Source: an uncultured Carboxylicivirga sp. (GTDB taxonomy: Bacteria > Bacteroidota > Bacteroidia > Bacteroidales > Marinilabiliaceae). From it: 64,000 nucleotides of DNA. The position numbers were made by a program, and so were the translations under genes. Under the pieces are notes generated by a model that was given only the letters and a program-made list of their open reading frames with translations, made no database searches and was not told where the DNA came from. Positions 63,367-64,000 of this stretch are shown here, piece by piece; positions within the stretch are counted from its first letter, which is position 1, and each line of letters starts with the position of its first letter. The stretch covers positions 5,648,724-5,712,723 of the forward strand of contig OY764327.1 in assembly GCA_963668385.1 (NCBI GenBank), read 5' to 3'.

Positions 63367-63540
63367 TGGCAGGTCTTCTGACTTATCTCACTTCTGATCC
63401 CTTCTCAACTGTCAACCGACAGTCAATGGTTTAAAATCTGAAACTGTTTTTGAGACTTACAGCAGCGGGAACTGTTGCCGACTTTCACGGCATTCCCTTT
63501 TAATTTGTTGCAATGGATAATCCATTACCAAAACCAATTT
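63367..63540 (-). promoter_or_regulatory. Cobalamin riboswitch 3 (btu operon leader)
   Basis: Minus strand AAAAGGGAA...CCCGCTGCTGTAAG...CCATTG...GAGAAGG...AGTCAGAAGACCTGCC; TACATTTG box at 63546-63553. Confidence 0.9.
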
Positions 63541-63639
63541 GAGTGCAAATGTAAAAGAAAAATATATCTTAAACATAAATTTTAAATAAATATTTAAGTA
63601 TTTGTAAAACTTAAATCAATAGAGGCTTTCAAAAAAAGT

Positions 63640-64000
63640 CTATTCTAATTTATCAGGAAAGAAGCAGCGGAACACGCTTCCCTTTTGCAGTATACTTTCC
63701 ACGCCTATATCGCCTTTATGTGCATCCATAAATTCTTTACAAAGCAACAAACCTAATCCGGTTCCTTCTTCGCTATCAGTTCCGCGCGTTGATATATCTT
63801 TATGAACAGTAAACAACATGTTGAGTTTTTCAGAATCCATCCCCACTCCGGTATCAGCAATGCTAATTTCTATTCCATTTTTATCTCCGCCTAAAACAAC
63901 CGCATTAACTACCACCTCCCCATTTTTACGCGTGTATTTTATTGCATTGGAAACTAAATTACGAATGATGGTCTCCAGCATTTTTTCATCCGCATAAATC
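63640..64000 (-). CDS. Sensor histidine kinase, HATPase_c C-terminus (5' end outside window)
   Basis: NLVSNAIKY, DTGVGM, GTGLGL, GSVF boxes; frame open to the window edge. Confidence 0.93.
   Translation of the reverse strand, partial: IYADEKMLETIIRNLVSNAIKYTRKNGEVVVNAVVLGGDKNGIEISIADTGVGMDSEKLNMLFTVHKDISTRGTDSEEGTGLGLLLCKEFMDAHKGDIGVESILQKGSVFRCFFPDKLE

Overview
AT-rich Bacteroidota window (probably a Marinilabiliales-like organism; inferred from T9SS cargo, BtuG/DUF4465-type genes and TAnnTTTG promoters). It has four parts. (1) <1-30338: right part of an integrative defence island ending at a duplicated tRNA-Ser-like 3' end. It carries an integrase, HipBA, an AEP-primase/SF2-helicase plus SMEK-NACHT gene pair, an eight-gene operon (mrr, UPF0489, hsdR, hsdM, extended hsdS, PtuA-like ATPase, HNH, HEPN), a primase/DUF3987/HTH module and AbiE. 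(2) 30.3-32.2 kb: relic of a second element, with an integrase bearing a catalytic Arg-to-Leu change and an IS66 tail. (3) 32.3-43.3 kb: an acyl-CoA carboxylase operon and nrdDG, each downstream of a cobalamin riboswitch, separated and flanked by two unexplained mosaic arrays of 245/462-nt palindrome-rich repeats plus a 40-nt tandem repeat. (4) 43.6-64 kb: an integron-like cassette run with attC-like sites ending in parDE, then a riboswitch-led B12 uptake operon (BtuH-like, btuB, btuG, 2258-aa T9SS protein with DUF4465) and the 3' end of a histidine kinase. All family calls come from reading motifs by eye; no database searches were run.
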